From the sequence record MK599315.1: 64,000 bases of DNA; one strand, written 5' to 3'. Positions 53,178 to 62,867 of the stretch are shown in pieces. The translations under genes and the position numbers were made by a program. Under the pieces are notes generated by a model. The model did no database searches. It was not told where the DNA came from and worked only from the letters and a program-made list of their open reading frames with translations. Numbering within the stretch: the stretch's first letter is position 1; every line of letters begins with the position of its first letter.

Positions 53178-53755
53178 GTATAACTCTGGAGGCAGCCGCA
53201 ATAAATGCAATGGCATCAAGGAATCCCTTGGGTTATGCAAACGCAATCGGCTGTACGATGACTATGAAACAAGAGCCGTATGTACCAATCTCCAAGTGGG
53301 TTAAACTGCGTTGTGTGGTGCTCTACCTAATCTGCTTAGCATTTATGGGTGGTGCAGTCTACAACTCATTCTTCTCTGACTACGTAACCAAACGTAAGAC
53401 CCAGGTTGTATTGACCTGGAAATGGGAAGAGACCCACAAATACAAACATGGGATCTACACAGAGCTAATGGGTCGTTGGGAAGGGAAGATGAAAGGTGTC
53501 CCCTTCGTATACGAAACTAAGCTAGGTGATTACACTTATCACCATGTCCCCGTTGGAACTGACTATCAACTCGACATAGCTCCACGAGATGTTGACGATG
53601 GTAACGACGCATGGGTGCTACTCAGTGCAGTGTGGATGGCTGTAGCGGCTATTCTCAGTTGGCCTGCAATATGGTTAAGTGTAAGACCATGGTTTGCTGA
53701 TATTGAAAGACGAAGGAAACATAAAGAGTTATCCATGGCCGTTGAATCGGACTGA
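53174..53755 (+). CDS. Membrane protein with two transmembrane segments
   Basis: Two hydrophobic helices flanking a beta-rich loop. Confidence 0.65.
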   Translation: MSITLEAAAINAMASRNPLGYANAIGCTMTMKQEPYVPISKWVKLRCVVLYLICLAFMGGAVYNSFFSDYVTKRKTQVVLTWKWEETHKYKHGIYTELMGRWEGKMKGVPFVYETKLGDYTYHHVPVGTDYQLDIAPRDVDDGNDAWVLLSAVWMAVAAILSWPAIWLSVRPWFADIERRRKHKELSMAVESD

Positions 53756-53894
53756 TGACAATTTACTCAAAAGTCTTATCTAATACGGATAGGCATGACA
53801 TTACTCTACCTATCCTTGGAATTCTGCGATCCCGACCTTGGCACAACGTTAAATCGTTGAATTCCTAAACCTTAAAACTCTCGGAGCGTCTACA

Positions 53895-55148
53895 ATGACT
53901 ACTCAAAAATACGTTATGCTGAACGAACAAAATGAATTCCCAATTAAAGCTTGGGTTAAAGGCGTCCCTGTTGAAGCTGATGCAAAACGTCAGCTGAAGA
54001 ACATCGCGGGACTCCCGTTCATTTACAAGCATTTGGCTGTAATGCCTGATGTCCACCTTGGTACCGGTGCAACCATCGGTTCCGTAATCGCTACGCGGGG
54101 TGCAATCATTCCGTCTGCGGTAGGGGTCGATATTGGGTGCGGGATTGCATGCCAGCTTACTGATCTGACAGCTAACGACATGACTCATGGTCTGCAACAT
54201 CTTCGTTATAAAATCGAATCCCGTATCCCCCATGGTCGTACTGACAATGGTGGCCCGAATGACCGTGGTGCATGGAGTGACTTCAACCTCGTTTACAAGA
54301 AACTCGAACCGGAGCTCCAAGCTCAGGTTAAGAAGCTTGAAGAGGAACTGAAGCTCATCGTGGCTAAACACCCGAAACTGGGTAAGGCTGCTAACCGTGC
54401 ATTCAACCATGCTGGTACCCTCGGCACTGGTAACCACTTCGTAGAGATCTGTCTGGATGAACAAGATCGAGTTTGGATCATGCTCCATTCGGGTTCGCGT
54501 GGGATCGGTAACGCAATCGGTCGGTACTTCATTGAGAAAGCAAAAGAGGAGATGCGGCTCTACCACATCAACCTGCCTGATCAGGACCTCGCTTATCTAC
54601 CGGAAGGTACCAAGTACTACAGCGACTACATCGAAGCTGTACATTGGGCTCAGCGTTATGCCACGCTCAACCGTACGATCATGATGCGCGCCACTATCGA
54701 GGCAGTTGCAGATTACATGGGTCGACCAATCAATACCAGCTTATCAGCTGTGCAATGTCACCATAACTACGTCTCCTTCGAGAACCACTTCGGTGCGAAA
54801 GTATCCGTAACTCGTAAAGGCGCAGTGCGTGCAGATGAGGGTATGCTGGGCGTTATTCCTGGATCGATGGGCGCGAAGAGCTTCATCGTGAAAGGTAAAG
54901 GGAACCGCGAGTCCTTCTGTTCGTGTTCGCACGGAGCAGGACGTGTCATGTCCCGAACCCAAGCCGCTAAGACTTTCACTCTTGCTGACCACGCTCGTGA
55001 TACTGCCGGTGTAGAATGCCGGAAAGACATTGACGTGATCGACGAGACTCCAAAGGCTTATAAGAACATTGAAGACGTAATGGCTGCTCAGGATGACCTC
55101 ATTGAGATCGTCCACACCCTGCGTCAGATTGTTTGCGTCAAGGGCTAA
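53895..55148 (+). CDS. rtcB: RtcB RNA ligase (2',3'-cyclic phosphate/5'-OH)
   Basis: MPDVH, VGVDIGCG, GTLGTGNHFVE, LHSGSRG, HHNY, RKGA, PGSMG, CSHGAGR and DETPKAYK motifs. Confidence 0.96.
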   Translation: MTTQKYVMLNEQNEFPIKAWVKGVPVEADAKRQLKNIAGLPFIYKHLAVMPDVHLGTGATIGSVIATRGAIIPSAVGVDIGCGIACQLTDLTANDMTHGLQHLRYKIESRIPHGRTDNGGPNDRGAWSDFNLVYKKLEPELQAQVKKLEEELKLIVAKHPKLGKAANRAFNHAGTLGTGNHFVEICLDEQDRVWIMLHSGSRGIGNAIGRYFIEKAKEEMRLYHINLPDQDLAYLPEGTKYYSDYIEAVHWAQRYATLNRTIMMRATIEAVADYMGRPINTSLSAVQCHHNYVSFENHFGAKVSVTRKGAVRADEGMLGVIPGSMGAKSFIVKGKGNRESFCSCSHGAGRVMSRTQAAKTFTLADHARDTAGVECRKDIDVIDETPKAYKNIEDVMAAQDDLIEIVHTLRQIVCVKG

Positions 55149-55155
55149 CCCGAAC

Positions 55156-55171
55156 GGGGACTTCGGTCCCC
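55156..55171 (+). terminator. Hairpin between rtcB and the PRS-like gene
   Basis: GGGGAC-TTCG-GTCCCC with a weak U tract. Confidence 0.55.
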
Positions 55172-55196
55172 AACTTCTTCCCTAAAGGAAAAATAA

Positions 55197-56084
55197 ATGA
55201 TTCGAATTACTCAGCTTCACGGTAACGGCTTGGCAGATCACTACGATTGTCAACCCTTTAAATTCCCTGGCGGTGAGATCGGTATCAAGATCCCTCTGAA
55301 AGATCTCAGAAAGAAAGGCGAACGATTCATAATCAATGCTTGGCTTCGTAATAGTGACGATATCATGGAACTGTTCCTGGTATTCGACGCTATTCGTCGC
55401 CAGCGTATTCGTCCTGAAATACACTTGGTTATTGGTTATCTGCCGTACGCACGACAAGATCGTGTTTGCGATGAAGGTGAACCTCTGTCGATTAGTGTGA
55501 TGACTGGTTTGATCAATGCATTGGACGCTACGTCTGTATGCCTGTACGATCCGCACAGTAATGTGTCGCTGCCACTCATCAACAATTGCCGCGAGATTAC
55601 CCAAGCAGATATCATCAAAAGCTGGGTGTGTGTCGAAGGACAACTTCTGGAAAATCCGAGTGACTGGTGGTTGGTTGCCCCTGATGAAGGTGCACGTAAA
55701 AAGACCGAAGCCATTGCGAAAGAGATCGGTGCTGCTGGCGTACTGTACGCTTGTAAGAACCGTGAACTGTCAACTGGTAAGATCACTCATACGTCTTTGT
55801 TGAATGCCCATGACGTTCCTCGATTGACAAAGCTGTTGGTTATCGATGACATCTGTGATGGTGGCCGCACGTTCATTGAACTTGCTAAGGTTATCCACGA
55901 GCAGTGCATCGTAGATCAATTGGGTCTGTTTGTAACCCATGGTATTTTCTCCAAGGGTTTCGATGAACTGAACGAATACTACGATTATATCCAGACCACT
56001 AACACCTATCATCCTAACGCTGTAAATGATTATCGGCATGATGGTGTACGTGACCCGAAATTCTTCTCTCATTCTGTTTTCTAA
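55197..56084 (+). CDS. PRPP-synthetase-like protein, probable Adps (ADPR pyrophosphokinase) of NARP1
   Basis: FKFPGGE, YLPYARQDR, DPHS, VAPDEGA and LLVIDDICDGGRTF motifs; immediately upstream of the NAMPT-like gene. Confidence 0.85.
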   Translation: MIRITQLHGNGLADHYDCQPFKFPGGEIGIKIPLKDLRKKGERFIINAWLRNSDDIMELFLVFDAIRRQRIRPEIHLVIGYLPYARQDRVCDEGEPLSISVMTGLINALDATSVCLYDPHSNVSLPLINNCREITQADIIKSWVCVEGQLLENPSDWWLVAPDEGARKKTEAIAKEIGAAGVLYACKNRELSTGKITHTSLLNAHDVPRLTKLLVIDDICDGGRTFIELAKVIHEQCIVDQLGLFVTHGIFSKGFDELNEYYDYIQTTNTYHPNAVNDYRHDGVRDPKFFSHSVF

Positions 56085-56100
56085 TCCGAGGATCAAAAAT

Positions 56101-57867
56101 ATGTCTAATGCTCTCTATGCAGTAACCGCAACTGACTGCTACAAGCCCGGCCATGGCGCTCTGTACCCGCAAGGTACCGAACGTAAGTATGCAAACTTCA
56201 CCCCACGTTCTGCTAAGCAGTTCCTGCGGTCGAAGTCTTGCTCTGCGTTCTACGACAACAAAGTCGTTAACTTCGGTCTGCAAGGTACCTGGCACGAACT
56301 GGTAGAACTGTGGGATCGTACCTTCTTCAATCTGCCTCGTGAAATCGCTGTTAAACGCGCTGCACGTCGTTTCGACAACATGTGCGGTAAAGGCGTTATC
56401 AAACACGAGTGTCTGTACAAGCTGCATGCTCTGGGTTACCTGCCTCTGACTGTGCTGGCTATTGACGAAGGCGAACGTGTAGATGTTGGCGTACCTACCT
56501 TTGTGGTTTACAACAGCCTGGATGACGATGATCACTACTGGCTGGTGAACTACCTGGAAACCATCGTCAGTGCCTACAACTGGAAGATGATCTGCAACGC
56601 AACTATTGCAGCTGAGTATCAGCGTGTACTGAACCACTACGCTGATCGCACCTGCGATAACCGTGAGCACGTCAAGTTCCAGGCACACGACTTCAGCTTC
56701 CGTGGTATGAGTGGTCCTGAAGATGCAATGCGTTCTGGTACAGCTCACCTGACTAGCTTCGCTGGTACCGATACCATCCCGGCTCTCGATTACGCTGAGA
56801 TGTATTACGGTGCTAACAGTGATACTGAATTGTTGGGTGCATCAGTTACTGCAACTGAACACGCTGTCGCCACAACCAACATCCTGTACCGTCTGCAAAT
56901 GAAGATCAACTTCCTCCAAGAGGAAGGTACTGTGATCACTCCGGAGCTGCATGACCAACTGCGACTGGAAGCTGAACGTGACTATATCCTGGAGATCATT
57001 CTTCAGAAAGTCCCGGAAGGCATTATTTCGCTGGTCTGTGATTCCTTCGATTTCTGGGGTGTTATCTCTGATGTTCTCCCGAGCATCCGTGCAGAAATCG
57101 AAAGTCGTCTGAAGAACGAGCTGGGTCTGGCGAAAGTTGTTGTACGTCCTGACTCTGGTGATCCGGTTAAAGTCATCACTGGCTACATGGCTTATCCGAT
57201 TAAATTCGCTGATCGTGTTGATTTCGAGAAACACATTGCCGAATACGGTTCCATTGAGTACGCTGGTTACGAAGTTGTTAGCGTAGGTGGTAAGTACTAC
57301 GAGATCAACGACCTCGCTGTCAGTCTGTCTGACTTCCTCTCTGAGACTGAAATCCCTGAGGTGGAAGTACGTGGTGCAATTGAAGTCCTGTGGGACTCCT
57401 TCGGCGGCACTGAGAACAGTAAAGGCTTCAAGTGCCTGAACGAATACGTTGGCCTGATCTATGGTGACTCGATCACTGTAGACCGTACCGAGCAGATCAT
57501 GTCTCGCCTGGAACGTAAAGGCTTCGCTTCTAGCAACGTAGTTCTTGGTATCGGTAGCTTCACCTATCAGTACAACACTCGCGATACTTTCGGCATGGCT
57601 GTCAAAGCTACTGCTGTTCAGATCGAAGACGAGTTCGTTGAACTGTACAAAGATCCTAAAGCTGCTTCTTCCAAGAAGTCGGCTAAAGGTTTCCTGCGTG
57701 TGGTGAAAACCGAAGATGGTAAGTTCGTTCTGGAACAAGAAGCTGACCTTAGCTGGGCTGCTTTGGAAACCGAATCGGGTGAACTTAAACTGTTCTTCAA
57801 GAATGGTGAGTTCTACAAGCACGACACGATGGCTAAGATCCGGGAACGGATTGCGACCTCTCTGTAA
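56101..57867 (+). CDS. NAMPT-like phosphoribosyltransferase, probable Namat of NARP1
   Basis: TDCYK, HDFSFRG, GTDT, SVTATEH, SLVCDSFD, VVVRPDSGDP, LIYGDSI and KKSAKG motifs; ATG 56101 with GAGGA SD. Confidence 0.88.
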   Translation: MSNALYAVTATDCYKPGHGALYPQGTERKYANFTPRSAKQFLRSKSCSAFYDNKVVNFGLQGTWHELVELWDRTFFNLPREIAVKRAARRFDNMCGKGVIKHECLYKLHALGYLPLTVLAIDEGERVDVGVPTFVVYNSLDDDDHYWLVNYLETIVSAYNWKMICNATIAAEYQRVLNHYADRTCDNREHVKFQAHDFSFRGMSGPEDAMRSGTAHLTSFAGTDTIPALDYAEMYYGANSDTELLGASVTATEHAVATTNILYRLQMKINFLQEEGTVITPELHDQLRLEAERDYILEIILQKVPEGIISLVCDSFDFWGVISDVLPSIRAEIESRLKNELGLAKVVVRPDSGDPVKVITGYMAYPIKFADRVDFEKHIAEYGSIEYAGYEVVSVGGKYYEINDLAVSLSDFLSETEIPEVEVRGAIEVLWDSFGGTENSKGFKCLNEYVGLIYGDSITVDRTEQIMSRLERKGFASSNVVLGIGSFTYQYNTRDTFGMAVKATAVQIEDEFVELYKDPKAASSKKSAKGFLRVVKTEDGKFVLEQEADLSWAALETESGELKLFFKNGEFYKHDTMAKIRERIATSL

Positions 57868-57874
57868 TAGACAT

Positions 57875-57897
57875 GGGGAGCTTCGGCTCCCCTTTAT
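57875..57897 (+). terminator. Intrinsic terminator
   Basis: GGGGAGC-TTCG-GCTCCCC-TTTAT. Confidence 0.8.
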
Positions 57898-57902
57898 GTC
57901 AT

Positions 57903-57927
57903 AAAAAAGATTTCAAATCTATATTAC
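57903..57927 (+). promoter_or_regulatory. phiKZ-type early promoter
   Basis: AAAAAAGATTTCAAATCTATATTAC after a terminator. Confidence 0.75.
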
Positions 57928-57956
57928 TCTCTTGTATCCACAACGAGGTAACTGCA

Positions 57957-58355
57957 ATGTCGAATAAAGACCGTTTAGATGAAAAGAAAGAATGGCAAGA
58001 ATCGAACCCAGTTCTCAATGAGTTCTGCTGGGCTGTAAGTCGTACAATGGGCGACGTAGCACGTACCAGTGACGACCGTACTCCCATTGTCGATATCCCT
58101 GCTGGAAAGACCTATGAAATCACTACCAACCAGGAGAACGATATTTATAATGTCGGTCTTGAAACTGGTATGGTGAACTTCGTTGATCACCTACGCGAGA
58201 ATGGTTACAAGATCATCTCGCCGGTAAGTGGGCATCCTGTCCCATTTGAGCAAGCTGTAACCTTGGTAAATAGCACAGAGCAGGTCGTACAAGAACTACC
58301 TGGTAAGTCTTTCGTTGAAACCTTCTATGATTATAACTGGGGTGTGAATACATGA
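57957..58355 (+). CDS. Hypothetical protein (first gene of an early operon)
   Basis: GAGG SD downstream of a TATATTAC promoter. Confidence 0.7.
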   Translation: MSNKDRLDEKKEWQESNPVLNEFCWAVSRTMGDVARTSDDRTPIVDIPAGKTYEITTNQENDIYNVGLETGMVNFVDHLRENGYKIISPVSGHPVPFEQAVTLVNSTEQVVQELPGKSFVETFYDYNWGVNT

Positions 58356-58558
58356 TCGCAGCGCCGCCGGCACCGGGTAAAGTAACGATAGATGGTTTAC
58401 GTCGAACGTTGTCAGATCAGATTGAAGCTGAAATTTCATTGGCTTGTCGTGAAATTGAACTGACAGACATTCGTTATGTAGATCAAAAAGAAATACTCGA
58501 AATAGTGCGGCGGTTCCGTAATGACGTTCGCACAACCATCACTGATAAAGGTAAATAA
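58352..58558 (+). CDS. Small hypothetical protein
   Basis: ATGA overlap with the previous gene. Confidence 0.6.
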   Translation: MIAAPPAPGKVTIDGLRRTLSDQIEAEISLACREIELTDIRYVDQKEILEIVRRFRNDVRTTITDKGK

Positions 58559-58559
58559 A

Positions 58560-59915
58560 ATGACGATTGAAATGGATGAATTGAAACCGATCCGCGAAGG
58601 TTTTGGTGTAGTAGAAGAAACTCGTAAGCTTGCACGCATTGTTGAGATCGATGATGTTGTGAAACACCCTAATGCCGATGCTCTGGAATTGGCTATTGTT
58701 GGTGGTTGGCAACTTTGTGTAAAGATGGGCGAATATAAGAAAGGTGATCGCGCTATTTACTGCGAGATTGATTCTCTTCTTCCTCTGGATAACGTTAAGC
58801 TCTTCGGTTTTCTTGAGAGCCGTCGGTCCGACAATCGGCGTGTAGACGGTAAAAACTATCATCGTTTGAAAACTATCAAGCTTCGTAAAGAGCTCTCTCA
58901 AGGACTACTGGTTCCGATTCCCGATGAGTTCAAAGATGAACCCGTTGATACTAACCTGACCCTGAAGCTGGGTATCCTTAAGTACGAGTCTGCTCCTCCG
59001 ATGGTATCGAAGGCTCATGCGGCACGTAACGCTCCGTGGATCGTTAAACTTGGTGCCAAGCTGATTGGTAATCTGGGTGGCGCTCTGAAACCGTGGCCTG
59101 AGATGCTAACTAAGTCCGATCAAGACCGCATTCAGAATAAGACCGTTGCGTTTTATAACCTGAAAGAAGACGGTGATGACATGGAAGTTACCTATAAGCT
59201 GGATGGTAGCTCCATGACCGTATTCTGTGTCGATGACAAAGGTATTCGTACTGGCGTTTGTTCGCGGAACTACGAACTCGGAATGGGCGGTGAGAAGTGG
59301 GGATTCATCCAGCAGCTTCGGTATTGGGTTGGTAACTTCCTTATCCGTAACCGTAATCTGTTCCGTAAGAAGACCTGGGTTACTCCAGAAGGTAAACTTC
59401 GTAATGGTATTATTCTGCCCCTTTGGACGAAAGGTACCGCTATCGAAGACAATAACTTCGTACGTGTAACTAACCAACAACAGATCATCGAACGTCTTCT
59501 CAAGTTCCACAAGAACACCGGTCGCTTCATTTCTGTACAAGGGGAACTGATTGGACCATCTATTCAAGATAACTTTGAAGAAGTGGCTGATTACGATTAT
59601 TACATCTTCAACGTGTATGAGGATGGTAATCGTGAACTCCTGCCGGCCGAAGCACGAGCTGTTGTAAAAGACCTTGGTCTGAATTATGTTCCCGTGCTTG
59701 ACCCGTGCTGGAAACCTTCTAAGGAAATGTCTGTTAAAGATGTTCTCGCTATGGCTGAAGGTCCATCTGCATTTAAGAACAAGCGCGGATACCGGGAAGG
59801 TCTGGTATTTAAGTCCAACCAACGTGTACTATCTTGGAAGGCTATCAGTAACGCATATCTTCTCAAGAAAGCAAAAGAAGAAGAGAAAGCAGCTGCTAAA
59901 GAAGACGCTGTATAA
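58560..59915 (+). CDS. ATP-dependent RNA ligase, Rnl2/DRB0094-like, with an N-terminal tRNA-binding OB domain
   Basis: HPNADALE OB domain; TYKLDGSS, CSRN, QGELIG, FNV, EGLVFK and KAISNAYL motifs. Confidence 0.9.
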   Translation: MTIEMDELKPIREGFGVVEETRKLARIVEIDDVVKHPNADALELAIVGGWQLCVKMGEYKKGDRAIYCEIDSLLPLDNVKLFGFLESRRSDNRRVDGKNYHRLKTIKLRKELSQGLLVPIPDEFKDEPVDTNLTLKLGILKYESAPPMVSKAHAARNAPWIVKLGAKLIGNLGGALKPWPEMLTKSDQDRIQNKTVAFYNLKEDGDDMEVTYKLDGSSMTVFCVDDKGIRTGVCSRNYELGMGGEKWGFIQQLRYWVGNFLIRNRNLFRKKTWVTPEGKLRNGIILPLWTKGTAIEDNNFVRVTNQQQIIERLLKFHKNTGRFISVQGELIGPSIQDNFEEVADYDYYIFNVYEDGNRELLPAEARAVVKDLGLNYVPVLDPCWKPSKEMSVKDVLAMAEGPSAFKNKRGYREGLVFKSNQRVLSWKAISNAYLLKKAKEEEKAAAKEDAV

Positions 59916-59921
59916 CGACAT

Positions 59922-59955
59922 AAAAGGGGGTTAGAACCCCCTTTTTTTATTTTTT
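59922..59955 (+). terminator. Intrinsic terminator
   Basis: AAAAGGGGGTT-AGA-ACCCCCTTTT followed by a T tract. Confidence 0.75.
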
Positions 59956-59972
59956 GTCAAGAAGGTGAATAT

Positions 59973-60359
59973 ATGTCGCATGCTCTAAAGTACCTGACGC
60001 GTAATCTGGATAGTGAAGAACTATACCTGTTGTTGAACTGGAAAACCGATAAGGTTCTCTCACCTATTCTTCAAAAAGTCGGTATTCTATCCGAAGAAAT
60101 GGGTGAAGAGGGTCGTCGCGCTTACTACAAGTTTGACAATGCTATTTGGAAACTTTGTCGAATTATCCGGGCTGAATATAATCTCCCGGATTTTCAAGAA
60201 GACCTTATCAGCGTTGTTCGAAATTACTTCAAGTTTACTTGGCGCGATGATAAGTTCAATATTGTTATTTTCGAAGAACCTGGATATGCTCGTGTAGAGT
60301 ATAGTACTTCACTTGACGTAATGGACATCTTCCATGAAGGTAAACCTCGTCGGCTCTAA
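59973..60359 (+). CDS. Hypothetical protein
   Basis: AAGG SD. Confidence 0.7.
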   Translation: MSHALKYLTRNLDSEELYLLLNWKTDKVLSPILQKVGILSEEMGEEGRRAYYKFDNAIWKLCRIIRAEYNLPDFQEDLISVVRNYFKFTWRDDKFNIVIFEEPGYARVEYSTSLDVMDIFHEGKPRRL

Positions 60360-60615
60360 GAAAGCTATAACTGCACTGTTGTATAACAACAACGTGTATT
60401 CATTTGCTTTCTTTGCTGAGACAATCAGGAAAGCTATTGAAGCTTATGATCCCAATCAACGCTTTGTAATTAGCTATCGTCGTTATATGCCACTATGGCA
60501 GAAAATCCGGATGACGATATTCCGCCAATACTCGGATCAGATGTATGTCAATCAAATAAAGATCCAGCTTCAGACGGATAAAACCTGGGAAACTATTCTT
60601 GACGTAGAGGGATAA
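60334..60615 (+). CDS. Hypothetical protein
   Basis: Operon-packed ORF. Confidence 0.6.
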   Translation: MKVNLVGSKKAITALLYNNNVYSFAFFAETIRKAIEAYDPNQRFVISYRRYMPLWQKIRMTIFRQYSDQMYVNQIKIQLQTDKTWETILDVEG

Positions 60616-60617
60616 AC

Positions 60618-61067
60618 ATGTCAATATTTTACCGTTACGCTAGTCAACCTAAAACAGAAATTGTTTGGTGGAATCCCATTAGTTGGATTAAACGTGGTTG
60701 GCAAGAACTCACCACAGCTAATGCATCTGATGGACACACGTTCTTTACAGCGTTATATTTCTGTTCTCTCCTTCTGTCAATGTGGTTGATCCATATTCTA
60801 TTCGTGGGTTGGTTCCGTTGTCTGTTTATACCTCGGTGTTGGATTGGTCGAGTTGATCAACTGAAGGAAGGTTACATTGATGATTGGGGCACTTACACGA
60901 AAGAGGCTAGAGAATGTATTCTAGCTAATTCTGATAGCCCTCACGCAATTGTAAAAATCGTTGAACGAGTTAATCCAATCTTCATGGCAGATGAAGGTTT
61001 CTGTAGTATATACTCACCTAACTACAAATGGAAACGAAACTGGTGTGAACTTTTTTCTCGGAATTAG
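60618..61067 (+). CDS. Hypothetical protein with one transmembrane segment
   Basis: GAGGG SD; hydrophobic helix. Confidence 0.65.
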   Translation: MSIFYRYASQPKTEIVWWNPISWIKRGWQELTTANASDGHTFFTALYFCSLLLSMWLIHILFVGWFRCLFIPRCWIGRVDQLKEGYIDDWGTYTKEARECILANSDSPHAIVKIVERVNPIFMADEGFCSIYSPNYKWKRNWCELFSRN

Positions 61068-61113
61068 AAAATACCGAGTTAACTGATAATGTGTTATTAA
61101 CTATAAACAGGAA

Positions 61114-61677
61114 ATGAAAATGTCTCAAGAAATCGATTTGACTGTATCTCCGCTGGAACCTCGTAAAGAGACTCCCCTACAACCGACTGACGTTTTTGAC
61201 ATCGTCCGTAAGTGTGGTCTTACTGAAGACTTTAAACGTCTCTGCTATGAAGATGCCACTCCAGAAGAACTCGATTTTAATCCTGACGTAGTTACTGTCT
61301 ACCGTCATGATCTCGGATTGAAATTCCTTCGTGGTAAAAATCTGCCGACTACGCTGGAAGATCTGAAGGATCGAACTGAAGTTCTGTTTGAAACCATGAC
61401 TGCTGGTAAGATTGACTATAAAGCCGGTGAAATGATTGTTCTTTTCCCTCGCCCTGTTTATAGTGGTAGCGATCTTAAAAATAACATGGTCATTGCCATT
61501 GTTAAAGAAGACTTTAAGTTCGAATCGGACGTAGATCTTAACTGTGGTGGCGAAGAGAATTTCGAAATTGCGATGCGCCCCTATGTAGAAGGTGGACAAC
61601 TGGAACTGGTTACTAATCCTGGTCTTCGTGTGTATAGCGCGTATGAACGTTGGACTTTCCTGGAACGGTTTAAATGA
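61114..61677 (+). CDS. Hypothetical protein
   Basis: AGGA SD; strong codon bias. Confidence 0.75.
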   Translation: MKMSQEIDLTVSPLEPRKETPLQPTDVFDIVRKCGLTEDFKRLCYEDATPEELDFNPDVVTVYRHDLGLKFLRGKNLPTTLEDLKDRTEVLFETMTAGKIDYKAGEMIVLFPRPVYSGSDLKNNMVIAIVKEDFKFESDVDLNCGGEENFEIAMRPYVEGGQLELVTNPGLRVYSAYERWTFLERFK

Positions 61678-62243
61678 AAATTCTTGAACAACTGACACAA
61701 AAAGGTCTGCTTGACGAATTCATTTCTGAATTTTGTACGACCTCTGCTCTCGGTCCACAAGTTATTTCAGATCGTCTTCCCGATGCCAAGAAATGGTTGG
61801 AAAGTCATTCTATCACATTTGAGTCGAAGGGGAGCATCGAAAGAACCCCTCGGCTCATTGCAGAATCTGATTTCCGTATTGATCAATGGATGCGTGTTGT
61901 AAACAATAAGCTGGACTATCTTGAGACAGCTTATGATAAAGCAATTGAACAAGGGGTTAGTCTAAATAACAGCTTCTTCAATTACGATATCAGTGTCCTG
62001 TATACTCTTGATAAAAAGCGTCTAGATGCTTACCCAATAACTGTCGCTCGGGTTAGAGCCTTTGCAGAGAAGATCGGTGCGCAACCTTATCGTCTTCTTA
62101 ATGGCGATATTAATACGAGGATAGCTTATGAGGAAGAATACTACGCCGCGTACGTCAAGGAACCATATAAGGCGATCATGGGAAACCCCGACTACTACAA
62201 GGAAACCATCGACGCCGCGAATGAATGCTACGGACGTCCGTGA
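61674..62243 (+). CDS. Hypothetical protein
   Basis: ATGA overlap with the previous gene. Confidence 0.7.
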   Translation: MKILEQLTQKGLLDEFISEFCTTSALGPQVISDRLPDAKKWLESHSITFESKGSIERTPRLIAESDFRIDQWMRVVNNKLDYLETAYDKAIEQGVSLNNSFFNYDISVLYTLDKKRLDAYPITVARVRAFAEKIGAQPYRLLNGDINTRIAYEEEYYAAYVKEPYKAIMGNPDYYKETIDAANECYGRP

Positions 62244-62499
62244 TATTTATCGCGACATCGAATCGTTAGTTCCTGTCCCACCTCCATTGAAAGAACCAAT
62301 TCCAGTGAGTGTCGATCCAGTCTATTCGACGATAGACATAGATTGGAATGAGAAGAAATCTGGTGTCAAGTTTGTACCCAGAGAACGATTCAATCTGTTT
62401 GACGGTATATCGCCGTGGACATGGTTCTGCATCGCCTTTCTCTCTGGATGTTGGATTGGTATCGAAATCATTAGCGCTTACTTAACGAGGTCATTATGA
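62221..62499 (+). CDS. Small protein with a C-terminal transmembrane helix
   Basis: C-terminal hydrophobic segment; start uncertain. Confidence 0.5.
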   Translation: MNATDVRDIYRDIESLVPVPPPLKEPIPVSVDPVYSTIDIDWNEKKSGVKFVPRERFNLFDGISPWTWFCIAFLSGCWIGIEIISAYLTRSL

Positions 62500-62807
62500 G
62501 TCTGCTCCTTTCTGCTTGTCAACGACTGCATGCTATCGCCACTGTTGGTTTCCCCAACTATCTAAAAGATCGAGCTACTTTTGTTGGAGATAAGGAGTAT
62601 ATTCTCCAGGTAATTGCACATTTCGAAAAGTATCACTGGACCGAACAGTTGAGTGAAGCTATCAATGATTATGTACGCAGTCGTAAGAAAGCGCGTACAT
62701 GGACAGTCACCGTTGTACCTTCGATTCTTCAACCTGGTACAGCTCTGTTTAAGTTCAAAGGTGACGATGGTAGTACTCTTTCTATTCGCATTAGGAAAGC
62801 TCTATGA
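62496..62807 (+). CDS. Hypothetical protein
   Basis: GAGG SD. Confidence 0.7.
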   Translation: MSLLLSACQRLHAIATVGFPNYLKDRATFVGDKEYILQVIAHFEKYHWTEQLSEAINDYVRSRKKARTWTVTVVPSILQPGTALFKFKGDDGSTLSIRIRKAL

Positions 62808-62867
62808 GAGACGATTATGAAGGTTTCTGATTCTTGGGAAGACTACATCTTCTCTTAACGTCATATA

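Noticed and set aside
56101-57867. Ordinary NadV salvage or NARP2
   Set aside because: NARP2 pairs NAMPT with NMNAT, which is absent from the window, while a PRS-like gene is adjacent. Less favoured rather than fully excluded.
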